A DNA stretch of 64,000 bases from an uncultured Desulfobacter sp. (GCA_963665095.1 OY762069.1:6752001-6816000), one strand, 5' to 3'; shown: positions 49,866-61,263, numbered from the stretch's first letter. Notes: generated from the letters alone by a model not told the origin. Numbers and translations are program-made.

Positions 49866-51329
49866 CTATTTACGAGGGGCAGCTATGCTCTGATGGATAA
49901 TGCGACCAAGCACTGCAATGCTGTGTTCAAGCGCATCACCCCAGGCAAGCCCGCAATTCAGGCGCAGGCAGTGCCGGTATCGGTCCGTGGTGGAACAGAT
50001 CAGTCCCGGCATGATGGAAATATTGTGCTGACGCGCCTTCTGGAAAATTTCCAGGGCATCAATATTCCTGTTTAGCGCAATCCACAAAAACATGCCGCCT
50101 TTGGGAAAGGTGATCCGTGTATCTTTGGGAAAGTGTGCGGCAATGGCAATGGACATGGCAGATATTTGATTTTTGATCTGATTTCTAAGTTTACGTAAGT
50201 GTCGGTCATAGGCGCCTGTTTCCAGAAACCGGGCTGTGATTTTGTGACCTGTATCAGGACCTGAAATCTGGGAATTTAGCTTCAGGCGCAGGACCTGGCT
50301 GTAAAAATTGCCCGGGATGGTCCACCCGGCCCGAAGTCCCGGGGCCATGGTTTTTGAAAAGGAGGAGCAGTACAAAACATTACCGGTTGTATCCATACTT
50401 TTAAATGTGGCGGGTCGGGCAGTGCCAAAATAGATATCGCCGTAAATGTCATCCTCAATAATGGGGATATTATGGGCTTGAGTAATATCAAGGATCTTAT
50501 TTTTTGCATCCACAGGCATCAAAGATCCCATGGGATTTTGGAAATTGGTGCTCAAAAGACATGCCCTGACAGGATTTTCGGCAATCATGGCCTTAATATT
50601 TTCCGGGTCCATGCCCTGCTCGGGACATCCCGGCACTTCAAGCACATACATGCCTAAGTCTTCGATGAGCTGGAGAAAGCAGTGAAAGGCAGGTGACTCC
50701 ACCAGAATTATATCACCCGGTCCGGCAACGGCTCTTAAGCAGAAGCTGACAGCCTCCAGACAGCCATTGGTGGTGATAATGTCGTCCGGCCCCACCCGGC
50801 AGGCCTGACCCATCATCAGCCTGGCCAGGGCATAACGCAATTCAGCAGATCCTGCGCAGTTGTCATAGGTGCCCATGCCCAGAACGATATCCTGGACTGA
50901 CATTGATTTGGCAATGCGTGACAACTGCTTAAGGGGCATCAGGCACGGGTCTGCAACAGCCGCACCCAGTCGGACCATGCCCGGACGCTGGAGATCCGAT
51001 ACAATGGCTTCGGCCAGATCATTTATTTTTACACGGCTGGGCAGCGCTGCCTTTCTTGCAATATCCGGAAGAGGCAACGGGCTTTTATTCAGGGCACTGA
51101 CAAAAAAGCCCGATTTTTCCTTTGCCGATACACATCCCCGTTTTTCAAGTTCAATATATGCCTGGTGAATGGTGGTGATGCTTAGTCCCAGTCTGTTATG
51201 CAGTTGTCTTAAAGACGGCAGCCGTTCCCCGGCACGGTATTGACCCGATATGATTTTATTTTGGATATCATCTGCCAGGGTCGCATATCTGAAATTGGCC
51301 TGAATGCCTGATTGTTTCTGATTTGCCAT
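49866..51329 (-). CDS. MocR-family GntR regulator with PLP aminotransferase domain
   Basis: GERLPSLR wHTH; IIEDDIYG, SFSKTMAPGLR.GW. Confidence 0.93.
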   Translation of the reverse strand: MANQKQSGIQANFRYATLADDIQNKIISGQYRAGERLPSLRQLHNRLGLSITTIHQAYIELEKRGCVSAKEKSGFFVSALNKSPLPLPDIARKAALPSRVKINDLAEAIVSDLQRPGMVRLGAAVADPCLMPLKQLSRIAKSMSVQDIVLGMGTYDNCAGSAELRYALARLMMGQACRVGPDDIITTNGCLEAVSFCLRAVAGPGDIILVESPAFHCFLQLIEDLGMYVLEVPGCPEQGMDPENIKAMIAENPVRACLLSTNFQNPMGSLMPVDAKNKILDITQAHNIPIIEDDIYGDIYFGTARPATFKSMDTTGNVLYCSSFSKTMAPGLRAGWTIPGNFYSQVLRLKLNSQISGPDTGHKITARFLETGAYDRHLRKLRNQIKNQISAMSIAIAAHFPKDTRITFPKGGMFLWIALNRNIDALEIFQKARQHNISIMPGLICSTTDRYRHCLRLNCGLAWGDALEHSIAVLGRIIHQSIAAPRK

Positions 51330-51437
51330 TTGCGCTATATCTGTTATGGAAATAAATAATATTTTTTGTAACTGTTTTTTATTCTGGTTTTAATTTATTA
51401 AAGATATCTTTTGCAACATTTAAATAGAGGACGATGA

Positions 51438-52313
51438 ATGAAACAGATGTTTTTGTATGTGCTGACCATTTTAATCTGGGGGTCCACCTGGATTGCCATA
51501 AAATTTCAACTGGGGCCTGTGGATCCCATGGTTTCAATTATATACCGGTTCGGAATGGCAGCGGTTCTGCTGTTCTGCTTCTGCAGATTAAAGGGACTGT
51601 CGTTAAGGTTCTCATTTCAGGAACATCTGTTTATGGCATTGCTGGGGGGCTTTCTTTTTTCAGTGAATTACTGGCTGGTGTACAAGGCTGAGGTCTATCT
51701 GACCTCAGGGATTGCCGCCGTTACTTTTTCGTCCCTGGTATTTTTCAACATTGCCAACAACGCGGTATTCCGTCATGTACCGGTGAACAGACGCATTCTT
51801 GCCGGTGCGGTTGTCGGGATAACCGGGATCTGCATGATCTATATCCGGGAGATCAACTCTTTCAGCCTTGAGGATCAGGGAATAAAAGGGCTGATACTTG
51901 CGTTGTCTTCGGTCATGCTGGCCTCTTTAGGCAATATCGTATCTGCCAGAAATACCCAGAAACAGATCCCTGTGATCCAGGCCAATGCCTTTGGCATGGC
52001 CTATGGTACGATGCTTTTGGTGTGTGTGGCTCTGTGCATGGGAAAAACGTTTTCCTTTTCATTGTCCGTTCCCTATATCGGATCCCTGGTATTTCTGTCT
52101 TTGTTTGGTTCAATTATAGCGTTTGGCACCTACCTCACCCTGGTGGGCAGCATGGGGGCGGACAAAGCCTCCTATGCCATCACGGTGGTGCCGGTGGTAG
52201 CCCTTGCCATATCCACGGTTGCCGAAGGATACACCTGGACGGTACCCGCAATCGCGGGGCTTTTTTTTGTCCTGGCAGGTAATGTCATCGTATTGGCCCG
52301 CCGGCCGGCCTGA
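51438..52313 (+). CDS. EamA/DMT transporter
   Basis: IWGSTWIAIK, about 10 TM helices; divergent from MocR. Confidence 0.92.
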   Translation: MKQMFLYVLTILIWGSTWIAIKFQLGPVDPMVSIIYRFGMAAVLLFCFCRLKGLSLRFSFQEHLFMALLGGFLFSVNYWLVYKAEVYLTSGIAAVTFSSLVFFNIANNAVFRHVPVNRRILAGAVVGITGICMIYIREINSFSLEDQGIKGLILALSSVMLASLGNIVSARNTQKQIPVIQANAFGMAYGTMLLVCVALCMGKTFSFSLSVPYIGSLVFLSLFGSIIAFGTYLTLVGSMGADKASYAITVVPVVALAISTVAEGYTWTVPAIAGLFFVLAGNVIVLARRPA

Positions 52314-52406
52314 TGGAATCGTAAACTTAAAGGCAGTGTATCTGGTAATATCAGGGGGGGGCAAAGGCCAGCATGAACTTGACATAAGCCTTGTGGTTAT
52401 TTAAAA

Positions 52407-53765
52407 ATGGATATTGCGTTTCTCAATTCCAAACCACAAGCTAAGGCGAAAATCATGATGAAATTCATCGTCAAATGTCTGCTATTGGCATGTATTCTAT
52501 TGATGCTGGCCTGCCCGGTTATTTTTCTGCTCACGGTTATTGACAAAGAATCCAAAGTTGATAAGTCCCCGGAGCTCTCTTTTGACAACGTGACGCGGGT
52601 GGAGCAGCTTGTCAAAAACAACAAACCTGATTCCATTCTTAAAAAAGAGGTCCGGCATGTACAAATGTCTGAACAGGACTTGAATCTTCTGGCCGATTAT
52701 GGGGCCTCCCAGTTAGGCAATGATGTGATTGTCTATCCTGAGATCCGTCTGGTTGATCCGCTGATCTATCTTTGTGCGACAGTAAAAATCCCTAAGACCC
52801 CGCTGGGCGAATATATCAACACGGAAATTAGGTTGGTCATTAATGATGGCAAACCTGATATCGACTACATCCGTATCGGCAGAATGAATATTCCCGGTGT
52901 TATTATTAATTTTGTGGCATCATTTGTCGGTCAGCATCTTTTAACCCCTATGGATTACAATCTGTTTGCCCGGACAATGAATGACCTGAAATCTGTTTCA
53001 ATCCGGGAAAAGCAGTTATTACTTGTGTACCAATGGAACCCGGATTCCCTGGCACAGATCCATGAAAGTGGAAAAGATTTTGTAATTCCCCCCGAACATC
53101 AGGATAAACTGGTCTTTTATGCCAATGCACTGACAGATCTTGCCGTTACCGTAAAAAAATACCATAGCGGCCCCATTTCCCTTTCCCGGGTGATCCGTCC
53201 TTTGTTTCAGCTGGCCTGCGAACAAAGCTCAGTTTCCAAAGATCCCGTGAAGGAGAACCAGGCATTGCTCCAGGTATTATCATTGTTCTGCTTCGGCCAT
53301 GGGATAGATAAACTGGTCAGCGTGGAAAAATTTAAACAGGTCAAACCGCGTACAAGTATCCATTTCACCCTTAGCGGCAGGGATGATCTGCCCAAACATT
53401 TCCTTATTTCCGCCGGCCTGGCAGCTTCCGCCGGCAGTAAACTGAGTAATTTTGCGGGACTCTCCAAAGAGGTGGATGATTCAGACATGGGAAGCGGGTT
53501 CAGTTTTGCCGACCTTGCCGCAGACCGGGCCGGGGTGAGGCTGGCAGAACTGGCCACTGAGTCTGGTTCCGGGGCGTCCAGGCTGCAGCAGAAAATGGCT
53601 GCCGTTACAAAGGAGAACGAGTTCATGCCGCAGATTGACCGCCTGCCCGAAGGGATCATGGAACTGGAATTTAAAAAACAGTACAAAGATCTTGATTCAA
53701 AGGCTTATGCCATGATCGACGACGAGATCACCCGGCGGATTGATGCATGCAGCGTGTATAAATAA
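52407..53765 (+). CDS. Membrane-anchored hypothetical protein
   Basis: N-terminal TM; C-terminal DLPKHF..SA...KE..D...SGFSFADLAADRAG; start uncertain. Confidence 0.7.
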   Translation: MDIAFLNSKPQAKAKIMMKFIVKCLLLACILLMLACPVIFLLTVIDKESKVDKSPELSFDNVTRVEQLVKNNKPDSILKKEVRHVQMSEQDLNLLADYGASQLGNDVIVYPEIRLVDPLIYLCATVKIPKTPLGEYINTEIRLVINDGKPDIDYIRIGRMNIPGVIINFVASFVGQHLLTPMDYNLFARTMNDLKSVSIREKQLLLVYQWNPDSLAQIHESGKDFVIPPEHQDKLVFYANALTDLAVTVKKYHSGPISLSRVIRPLFQLACEQSSVSKDPVKENQALLQVLSLFCFGHGIDKLVSVEKFKQVKPRTSIHFTLSGRDDLPKHFLISAGLAASAGSKLSNFAGLSKEVDDSDMGSGFSFADLAADRAGVRLAELATESGSGASRLQQKMAAVTKENEFMPQIDRLPEGIMELEFKKQYKDLDSKAYAMIDDEITRRIDACSVYK

Positions 53766-53818
53766 TCAAGCAAGTTCAGGTTGCATCGTTCAGTCCTTGT
53801 GTGGTAATTAATTGGCCC

Positions 53819-54151
53819 ATGAAACAATATGTCATTGATGGATTTACGCTCAAGGATTATTCCGCGTTAAAACAGTATCTGGACACCTGTCTAGAGGCGG
53901 CGACTGTCAGCGGTATTTACTGGCTTGAACTGGCACCGGATGTTTTAACACCGGTTCAGGCACAGCACACGGAGTGCGCCCCCCATGTGTTTGCCCTGAT
54001 GCTGGAGGAGACTGCGTTATCCTGTGAGCTGCTGGTAAGAATCAAAAGCAATATCAAGTGCGACTGCATGGGTTACGCCACACAGCTGCAGCGCAACTGG
54101 CTGGTGGACTGGACAGATGCTGTTTTGGAAAAACTGTCTATCCGCGTCTGA
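53819..54151 (+). CDS. Hypothetical protein (110 aa)
   Basis: Clean ORF upstream of rnj with H..C.PH and C.C motifs. Confidence 0.7.
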   Translation: MKQYVIDGFTLKDYSALKQYLDTCLEAATVSGIYWLELAPDVLTPVQAQHTECAPHVFALMLEETALSCELLVRIKSNIKCDCMGYATQLQRNWLVDWTDAVLEKLSIRV

Positions 54152-54173
54152 CGCCGGGTCTGGAAAATAACAG

Positions 54174-55826
54174 ATGCTTAAACTCATACCCCTGGGGGGG
54201 CTTGGAGAGATCGGCCTGAACATGATGGTGGTGGAGTATGATGATGTCATCTTCATCATTGATGCAGGCCTGATGTTTCCTGAAGACCACATGCTGGGCG
54301 TGGATATTGTCATTCCCGCCATGGATTATCTGCGGGAAAACATGAGCAAGATCGAAGGCATTATCCTGACCCATGCCCATGAAGATCATATCGGGGCCTT
54401 GCCCTATCTTCTGCGTGAAATCCGACTGCCGGTCTACGGCACCGCCTTTACCCTTGAAATTGTTCGCAATAAACTCATTGAGTTTGAACTCAACACCCGG
54501 GTGGATTTAAACCTGGTCAATCCCGGTGAAGTGTTAACCATTGAGCCTTTTGAAATTGAATTTATCCGGGTCAGCCACTCCACCATTGACGGGGTGGGGC
54601 TGGCCATTACCACGCCGGAAGGGGTGGTGGTCCACACCGGGGATTTCCGTATCAGCCATTCTGCTGACATCATGAAAAATACCGATATTTCCAGCTTTGC
54701 ACGGTTTGGTGAAAAAGGGGTGCTAGCCCTGCTTTCCGACTCCACCAATGTGGAGGTGGAAGGGTATGCCATGTCCGAACAAGAGGTGGCCAAAAATCTG
54801 GGCAAACTGGTTGAAGCCTCACCGGGCAGGGTCATTGTCGCCCTGTTTGCCTCCAATGTGTTTCGCATCCAGCAGGTGATCGATATTGCCCGGCACAATA
54901 ACCGTCGGGTGATTTTCAACGGCAGAAGCATGGAACAGATCACAGACGTGGCCATGCGTCTGGGTTATCTGGACTGTCCGCCCGGTCTTGTGGTGGATAT
55001 CAAACAGATAAACACCTTTCGGGATGATGAGGTGATCATCATTACCACCGGCACCCAGGGCGAGCCAATGTCAGCACTTGCCCGCATGGCCTCCGGCATC
55101 CACAAGCATATCAATGTGCGCAAAGGGGATACGGTCCTTTTGTCCAGCAAACATATCCCGGGCAATGAAAAGGCCATTGCCGGCATCATCAACAAGCTCT
55201 ACCGCAGAGGTGCGGATGTGGTCTACTCAAAAATTGCCGCCATCCACGCGTCGGGTCATGCCCACCAGGAAGAGTTGAAAATGATGATCAACCTTACCCG
55301 GCCAAAGTACTTTATTCCCATCCACGGTGAGTACCGTCATCTTGTGGTGCATGCCCGGCTTGCTGAAAAACTGGGACTGCCGCGAAACAATGTAATTGTG
55401 GCCGAAAACGGTCAGGTAATTGCCTTTGACCATGAAAACGGCGGCCGGATCGCGGAACGGGTCCAGACCGGCAGGGTCCTTGTGGACGGCAAAGGCATCG
55501 GTGACGTAGGCCGGTCTGTACTCAAAGAGCGCAGGGAGCTCTCCGAGGGCGGCCTTGTGGTGGTGACCATGATTATTGACGAGGAGACCGGGGTGGTACT
55601 CTACGGCCCGGAGCTTGTCTCCAAGGGGTTTGTTTTTGATTCCGCCACAGGATATCTGGTGGACGATGCCCAGTGTGTGATCTTAGAGATTGTTGAAGAG
55701 ATTGAAGCCGGTCTGGACGACCGCGTGGATCTCTTACGTAAACGCCTCCAGCGGGCGCTTAAACAATATTTTGCCTTTGCCATCAACCGGCGTCCCCTGA
55801 TTGTGCCTGTAATCATTGAAGTATGA
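54174..55826 (+). CDS. rnj: Ribonuclease J
   Basis: PLGGLGEIG.N, THAHEDHIG, HTGDF, HASGHA, PIHGEYRH. Confidence 0.96.
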   Translation: MLKLIPLGGLGEIGLNMMVVEYDDVIFIIDAGLMFPEDHMLGVDIVIPAMDYLRENMSKIEGIILTHAHEDHIGALPYLLREIRLPVYGTAFTLEIVRNKLIEFELNTRVDLNLVNPGEVLTIEPFEIEFIRVSHSTIDGVGLAITTPEGVVVHTGDFRISHSADIMKNTDISSFARFGEKGVLALLSDSTNVEVEGYAMSEQEVAKNLGKLVEASPGRVIVALFASNVFRIQQVIDIARHNNRRVIFNGRSMEQITDVAMRLGYLDCPPGLVVDIKQINTFRDDEVIIITTGTQGEPMSALARMASGIHKHINVRKGDTVLLSSKHIPGNEKAIAGIINKLYRRGADVVYSKIAAIHASGHAHQEELKMMINLTRPKYFIPIHGEYRHLVVHARLAEKLGLPRNNVIVAENGQVIAFDHENGGRIAERVQTGRVLVDGKGIGDVGRSVLKERRELSEGGLVVVTMIIDEETGVVLYGPELVSKGFVFDSATGYLVDDAQCVILEIVEEIEAGLDDRVDLLRKRLQRALKQYFAFAINRRPLIVPVIIEV

Positions 55827-58219
55827 AAAAAGAACTGTACGGCATTTTTCTTCTTTTTCTGATTATTCTGACCTCGGTCAGCCTTTTTTCCTATCATGCA
55901 GCCGATCCCTGCGTTGGAAGCAACTTTTTCACCCTGCCTGACCATGTACACAATCTGTTTGGTCTGGTGGGTGCCCATACGGCCGGATTTTTTATCTTTC
56001 TTTTCGGCATCGGGGCGTTATGGGTTCCCTTGATTTTTTCCATCCTTGGTGTTTGGGTGCTAAGGAAAAAATCCAGCCGTGTGATCTGGATAACCCTTTC
56101 CGGCGGTATGATTCTCATGATCTCCACGGGCAGTGTTTTCTTCTTGTTTAAAGATACCTATCAGTTTTCAGACACGGTTATTTCAGCCGGCGGTGTGGTG
56201 GGAAACGGACTGGCCGATGCCCTGCTCAAATATGCCAATACCATGGGATGTGCAGTGGTTTTAAGCTTTTTTGTGCTGGTGGGATTTATGCTGGTGACGG
56301 GAATATCCCTACGGAATCTGGGGCTATTTATCTGGACCCGGCTGGTGCGGCTTGGCCGCACTATGAAGCAGGACATGGCTGAAGGGGCACAGTATATCCG
56401 TGACAAAATGGTACAGTACAGACAGGCTCGACAGGCCGCCCGGCTGGAACGGGCTGAAAAGCTCAAAGAGTTAACCCTGCTGCCCCACAGTGCCCCGGAT
56501 GAATGTGATGAAGAAGCGAATGAGGCGTGCCAGGGGCCTAAGTCTGCTGTCAACACCGGTGACCCTGAACCTGTTATTGTTTCAGAATCTTTGTCCGATA
56601 CCCTGCCCGAGCCGAAAAATAATAAACGCGTTAGTGCCGGCAGCGCATCCGGCAGCAGTTCCGGTCCCACCATTGTGGCCGTGGAGACTGATGACCGGGA
56701 ATATGTGGCCGACACTGGCTTTAAGGATATCCGGGAGCAGGTTGATTTTGTTTTACCCAACCTGTCCTTTCTGGACGAAAAACCAAAGATCCGCAGGCAG
56801 ATTAATACGGATGAACTCCAGGCCAAGGCCAGGATTTTGAAAAAAAAGCTGGAGGATTTTAAGATCATGGGCGAGGTGGTGGAGATTTTGCCGGGCCCTG
56901 TGATCACCACCTTTGAGTACCGGCCGGCCCCCGGCATCAAGCTTTCCAAAATCGTGGGACTGTCAGATGATTTGGCCCTGGCGCTCGCCGCCATCTCTAT
57001 CCGCATTGTGGCCCCGATTCCGGGCCGGGATGTGGTGGGCATTGAGATTCCCAACGAGGAACGCGAAATTGTCAATTTAAGGGAAATGATCTCCTCAAAA
57101 GAGTTTGTTCAGTCAACTTCTCTGCTCACCCTGGGGCTGGGTAAGGATCTCTTAGGCCAGCCTGTGGCCACGAAAATGGATAAAATGCCGCACCTGCTCA
57201 TTGCCGGTGCCACCGGTACCGGTAAGAGTGTCGGGTTGAACTCCATGATTATCAGTCTGCTTTACAAGGCTTCCCCGGATGAAGTCAAACTGATCATGAT
57301 TGACCCCAAGCGTATTGAACTCTCGGTATACAATGACATTCCCCATCTGATTACACCGGTGGTCACAGATATGAAAAAGGCCACCAATGCCCTTTTCTGG
57401 GCGGTCCGGGAGATGGAGCGCCGGTATGAACTGCTGGAATTATCAGGATTGAGAAATATCAGCCAGTACAATGAGATGGTGGAGGACCGGCTCAAAGAGA
57501 TGCCCTCCGGTACTCCGCCTGAACAGATGGAACTTCCAGGGGGCCTGCCTCTGGAACAGCTGCCATACATTGTGGTCATTGTGGACGAACTCGGGGATCT
57601 GATGATGGTGGCCTCCAAGGATGTGGAGTATGCCCTGACCCGTCTGGCCCAGATGGCCAGAGCTGCCGGTATTCACCTGATCATCGCCACCCAGCGCCCG
57701 TCTGCCGATGTACTCACCGGCACCATAAAGGCCAACTTCCCGACCCGGATTTCCTTCCAGGTCTCCTCAAAAATAGACGGCCGGATCATCATTGACCAGG
57801 GCGGCGCGGAAAGTCTGCTCGGCAATGGAGATATGCTCTTCTGCCCGCCGGGCACCGGTAAACTGATGCGTATCCAGGGTGCCTATATTTCAGAAAAGGA
57901 GATCTCCCGTATCACTGCTTTTTTAAAAGATCAGCGGCAGCCCGATTACGATGAAGAGGTGACAATGGGCGATGATAATGGTGAGGAAAAGACCTTTGAC
58001 GAATCAGAATATGATGAAAAGTATGACCAGGCTGTGGCCCTGGTGACCAAGGACCGCCAGGCATCCATCTCCTATGTGCAGCGACGGCTTCGCATCGGAT
58101 ATAACCGGGCGGCCCGGCTTATTGAGATGATGGAGCATGAAGGGATTGTCGGACCGCAGATCGGCTCCAAACCCCGTGACATTCTGGTAAAAAGCTATGA
58201 TGAGGATATTGCAGGATGA
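55823..58219 (+). CDS. ftsK: DNA translocase FtsK
   Basis: N-terminal TMs; PHLLIAGATGTGKS, DELGDLMM, ATQRPS, QRRLRIGYNRAAR. Confidence 0.97.
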   Translation: MKKELYGIFLLFLIILTSVSLFSYHAADPCVGSNFFTLPDHVHNLFGLVGAHTAGFFIFLFGIGALWVPLIFSILGVWVLRKKSSRVIWITLSGGMILMISTGSVFFLFKDTYQFSDTVISAGGVVGNGLADALLKYANTMGCAVVLSFFVLVGFMLVTGISLRNLGLFIWTRLVRLGRTMKQDMAEGAQYIRDKMVQYRQARQAARLERAEKLKELTLLPHSAPDECDEEANEACQGPKSAVNTGDPEPVIVSESLSDTLPEPKNNKRVSAGSASGSSSGPTIVAVETDDREYVADTGFKDIREQVDFVLPNLSFLDEKPKIRRQINTDELQAKARILKKKLEDFKIMGEVVEILPGPVITTFEYRPAPGIKLSKIVGLSDDLALALAAISIRIVAPIPGRDVVGIEIPNEEREIVNLREMISSKEFVQSTSLLTLGLGKDLLGQPVATKMDKMPHLLIAGATGTGKSVGLNSMIISLLYKASPDEVKLIMIDPKRIELSVYNDIPHLITPVVTDMKKATNALFWAVREMERRYELLELSGLRNISQYNEMVEDRLKEMPSGTPPEQMELPGGLPLEQLPYIVVIVDELGDLMMVASKDVEYALTRLAQMARAAGIHLIIATQRPSADVLTGTIKANFPTRISFQVSSKIDGRIIIDQGGAESLLGNGDMLFCPPGTGKLMRIQGAYISEKEISRITAFLKDQRQPDYDEEVTMGDDNGEEKTFDESEYDEKYDQAVALVTKDRQASISYVQRRLRIGYNRAARLIEMMEHEGIVGPQIGSKPRDILVKSYDEDIAG

Positions 58220-58839
58220 CCCCAAACCTGGATTTTTCTTTTTTAAATACTATCAAGGGGTTTATGCCGGATCATGAGGCCTTTGCCCTTTATAATCTGG
58301 CCCTTGATGCATCCAATGCCGGCCCTGTGCTTGAAATCGGGTCCTATTGCGGCAAATCCGCCGCCATTATCGGCGCCGCATGCAAACAGAACAACGGCAT
58401 TTTGTTTTCCGTGGATCACCACACAGGCTCCGAAGAACAGCAGCCGGGCCAGGAGTACTTTGATCCGGACCTCTATGATGAACAGACCAGGGGTGTCAAC
58501 ACCTTTCCTTTGTTTCGAAAGACCCTGGAAAGGGCCGGACTTGAAAATACCGTTGTGCCCGTTGTCGCATCCTCACATGTGGCCGGCCGCATGTGGAATA
58601 CGCCGCTTGCCATGGTTTTTATAGATGGCGGACATACTTTTGAAGCGGCCCATACCGACTTTCTGACCTGGGCGCCCCATATTATCACGGGAGGGCTTCT
58701 GGTGATTCACGATATTTTTTTCAATCCTGAAGAGGGCGGCCAGGCACCGCGGCAGGTATATGAAGAGGCCATTGCCACCGGACGGTACGAAATTCTTGAG
58801 ATGACAGGTACCCTGGGGGCGTTGCGTGTTAAGCCCTGA
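58216..58839 (+). CDS. Class I SAM-dependent methyltransferase
   Basis: LEIGSYCGKS, VFIDGGH, IHD. Confidence 0.88.
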   Translation: MTPNLDFSFLNTIKGFMPDHEAFALYNLALDASNAGPVLEIGSYCGKSAAIIGAACKQNNGILFSVDHHTGSEEQQPGQEYFDPDLYDEQTRGVNTFPLFRKTLERAGLENTVVPVVASSHVAGRMWNTPLAMVFIDGGHTFEAAHTDFLTWAPHIITGGLLVIHDIFFNPEEGGQAPRQVYEEAIATGRYEILEMTGTLGALRVKP

Positions 58840-58871
58840 GGCATGGTCCAAAATTTTTTTAAGGAGGCGGT

Positions 58872-59345
58872 ATGGCTGAAAAAGTTGATCCGGCCCAGAT
58901 GCTTGAGACCCTCAAACACTATTATCTGGAATGGCTGCCGTTTAACAAGGTGCTTGGCGTCCGTATTGACCATCTTGATTACGACACAGGCAAAGCCGTA
59001 ACCTCCTTTCCCCTCAAGCCCGATCTCATCGGCAACTCTACCGCTGGTATCCTGCATGGAGGAGTGACTGCTGCGGTGATTGATCTCACAGGCGGCCTTT
59101 CGGCACTGGTCTGCTGTGCCAAAGCCCACATACACCTCTCACCGGAACAGATCCAGGAAAAACTTGTATCCTCCGCCACCATTGACATGCGGGTGGATTA
59201 TCTTCGGCCCGGAAAAGGAGATATGTTCACATGCACAAGCCTGCCCATAAAGGCCGGGTCCCGCATTGTGGTCTGCCGGATTGATCTGGTCAATGATAAG
59301 GACCAGGATATTGCAGCCGGGACCGCCACCTATACCACAGGCTGA
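58872..59345 (+). CDS. PaaI-like hotdog thioesterase
   Basis: ILHGGV....D, TIDMRVDYLRP. Confidence 0.9.
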   Translation: MAEKVDPAQMLETLKHYYLEWLPFNKVLGVRIDHLDYDTGKAVTSFPLKPDLIGNSTAGILHGGVTAAVIDLTGGLSALVCCAKAHIHLSPEQIQEKLVSSATIDMRVDYLRPGKGDMFTCTSLPIKAGSRIVVCRIDLVNDKDQDIAAGTATYTTG

Positions 59346-59358
59346 TCTGTCAGATCCA

Positions 59359-60429
59359 TCAGGGTCTCTTTGGGTTCTGGGGCTTTTCCTTAAGTTGACG
59401 AATTTTCATTTTTTCAAAGGTGGCTCTGAATTTTTCGCACGGATCTTCGTATGATACCCGTTGGGTAAACAGCAGATAGTCAGCCACAGGGTTTGGCTCA
59501 AGCCCCTCAAGGTCCAGAGGGGAAATATAGTGATCCAGCCCGGCCGGTTCTCTGTTTATCTCTGTCATAGCCAGGTTCACCTGGGACACGGCCGGATAAA
59601 GGTGTTTTACCCGGTCAATCACCCCAAGCCCGTAATCTGTATGTCCGGCCCCTATTATTACCACCACCGGTCCGGCCATGGTACTGTCAGGGGTCTGCTG
59701 TATTGCTTTGGCAAGCTGGACCACAGATAAAGCCATGCGGTCGTTTCTGGCAAGCCATGTGTCGTAAAGCCGGTCCGTCATCCGGCCATGGTCCATACCG
59801 CAGTGAACCTGTACGAAAACAGATTTCATGTAGCTCTCATATACCGGATCACAGAGACGGGTTGAAAAAATAAGCTGGTTTTCAAGGGCAGAAAGTCCCT
59901 CAATTCCTTTGCGGGTAATTCTGCGTTTCTGGGTGGCGGACAGATCCAGCCCGGCCGCAGGCAGGCCGTTGTCTGCAGCAAGCTGTATCAGATCCCAGTA
60001 ATATCCCCACATCTGGTCGGGCTGGGTATCCCAGCCAAGTTTCCGGCGTATCTGCTTTTCAACATTTTTTTCCATGCCAGGGACATGGGCTTTTTGACGG
60101 GCATCCACAAGATTGAGCAATAAAGGGGTGTCCTGGTATGAAAAAAATTCAAAACCCAGGGACGGGGACCGCCCCTGGTCAATGAGCGTCTGGATTACCC
60201 GGTGCTGGAAAGCATGGTGCATGGGATTGTCGTGTTTTTCCGACAGGTATATGACATCATGCTGCACCAATGCCTCCACAAGCTGTGAAAAACTGACCGG
60301 GGTACCGGTATCTGCATTTACAATGGTGCCGATTAACGGATCATTCCGGGGTGCCTGCTTCGAAGTCGTGACACAGGAACTGTTCAGAAGCAGTATCATT
60401 GAGAATAGCAGGAATACTAAAAATTTCAT
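59359..60429 (-). CDS. ChaN-family lipoprotein
   Basis: Lipobox NSSC; DVIYL.EKHDNP.HH..Q, GFE.F, G.GH. Confidence 0.78.
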   Translation of the reverse strand: MKFLVFLLFSMILLLNSSCVTTSKQAPRNDPLIGTIVNADTGTPVSFSQLVEALVQHDVIYLSEKHDNPMHHAFQHRVIQTLIDQGRSPSLGFEFFSYQDTPLLLNLVDARQKAHVPGMEKNVEKQIRRKLGWDTQPDQMWGYYWDLIQLAADNGLPAAGLDLSATQKRRITRKGIEGLSALENQLIFSTRLCDPVYESYMKSVFVQVHCGMDHGRMTDRLYDTWLARNDRMALSVVQLAKAIQQTPDSTMAGPVVVIIGAGHTDYGLGVIDRVKHLYPAVSQVNLAMTEINREPAGLDHYISPLDLEGLEPNPVADYLLFTQRVSYEDPCEKFRATFEKMKIRQLKEKPQNPKRP

Positions 60430-60474
60430 ATTTTAAACCTAAAGGAAACCCCTCTGGCATCTTATAAACCTGTG

Positions 60475-61263
60475 TTAATCGCCGTCCAGCATCCGGCCGA
60501 TGGTGCCAAGAACGGACCCTTCCCCTTTATCTGTACCGCCGACTTTGGGTGCATGGCTGATGATACGGTCTGCCAGGCGGGAGAAGGGAAGGCTTTGCAG
60601 GTAAACAGTGCCGTGTCCGGCCAGGGTGGCAAGAAACAGGCCTTCACCGCCAAAGAACATGGATTTAAGCCCGCCGGCGCGCTGGATGTCATAGTCGATG
60701 CCTTCGGAAAATGCCACAATACACCCGGTATCAACCATGAGTCTTTCACCGTTCAACTCTTTTTTTACAATGGTGCCTCCTGCATGTACAAAGGCCATGC
60801 CATCTCCTTCCAGGCGTTGAAGAATAAACCCTTCACCACCGAAGAAGCCAGCCCCAAGTTTTCGATTAAAGGCGATGGTTACTTTGGTGCCCAGTGCCGC
60901 ACACAGAAAGGCATCTTTCTGGCAAATTAACTGTCCGCCCACAGTCGCCATATTTACCGGGATGATTTTTCCTGGGTAGGGTGCGGAAAAGGCCACACGC
61001 TTTTTGCTGCCGCCCTGATTGGTGAAATGGGTAATAAACAGACTTTCACCTGTTATGGCGCGTTTGCCTGCGTCAAACAGTTTGCCCATAAATCCTTTGT
61101 CCGGTGCAGAGCCATCCCCCATTTTGGCTTCAAAAGAGATGCCTTCTTCCATCCAGTTCATGGCCCCGGCCTCCGCGATGACAGTTTCACCCGGGTCCAG
61201 TTCCACTTCCACAGTCTGCATATCATCACCGAAAATTTCATAGTCCACTTCATGACATTTCAT
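60475..61263 (-). CDS. TIGR00266/AIM24 family protein
   Basis: [28 protein letters not shown]. Confidence 0.92.
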   Translation of the reverse strand: MKCHEVDYEIFGDDMQTVEVELDPGETVIAEAGAMNWMEEGISFEAKMGDGSAPDKGFMGKLFDAGKRAITGESLFITHFTNQGGSKKRVAFSAPYPGKIIPVNMATVGGQLICQKDAFLCAALGTKVTIAFNRKLGAGFFGGEGFILQRLEGDGMAFVHAGGTIVKKELNGERLMVDTGCIVAFSEGIDYDIQRAGGLKSMFFGGEGLFLATLAGHGTVYLQSLPFSRLADRIISHAPKVGGTDKGEGSVLGTIGRMLDGD

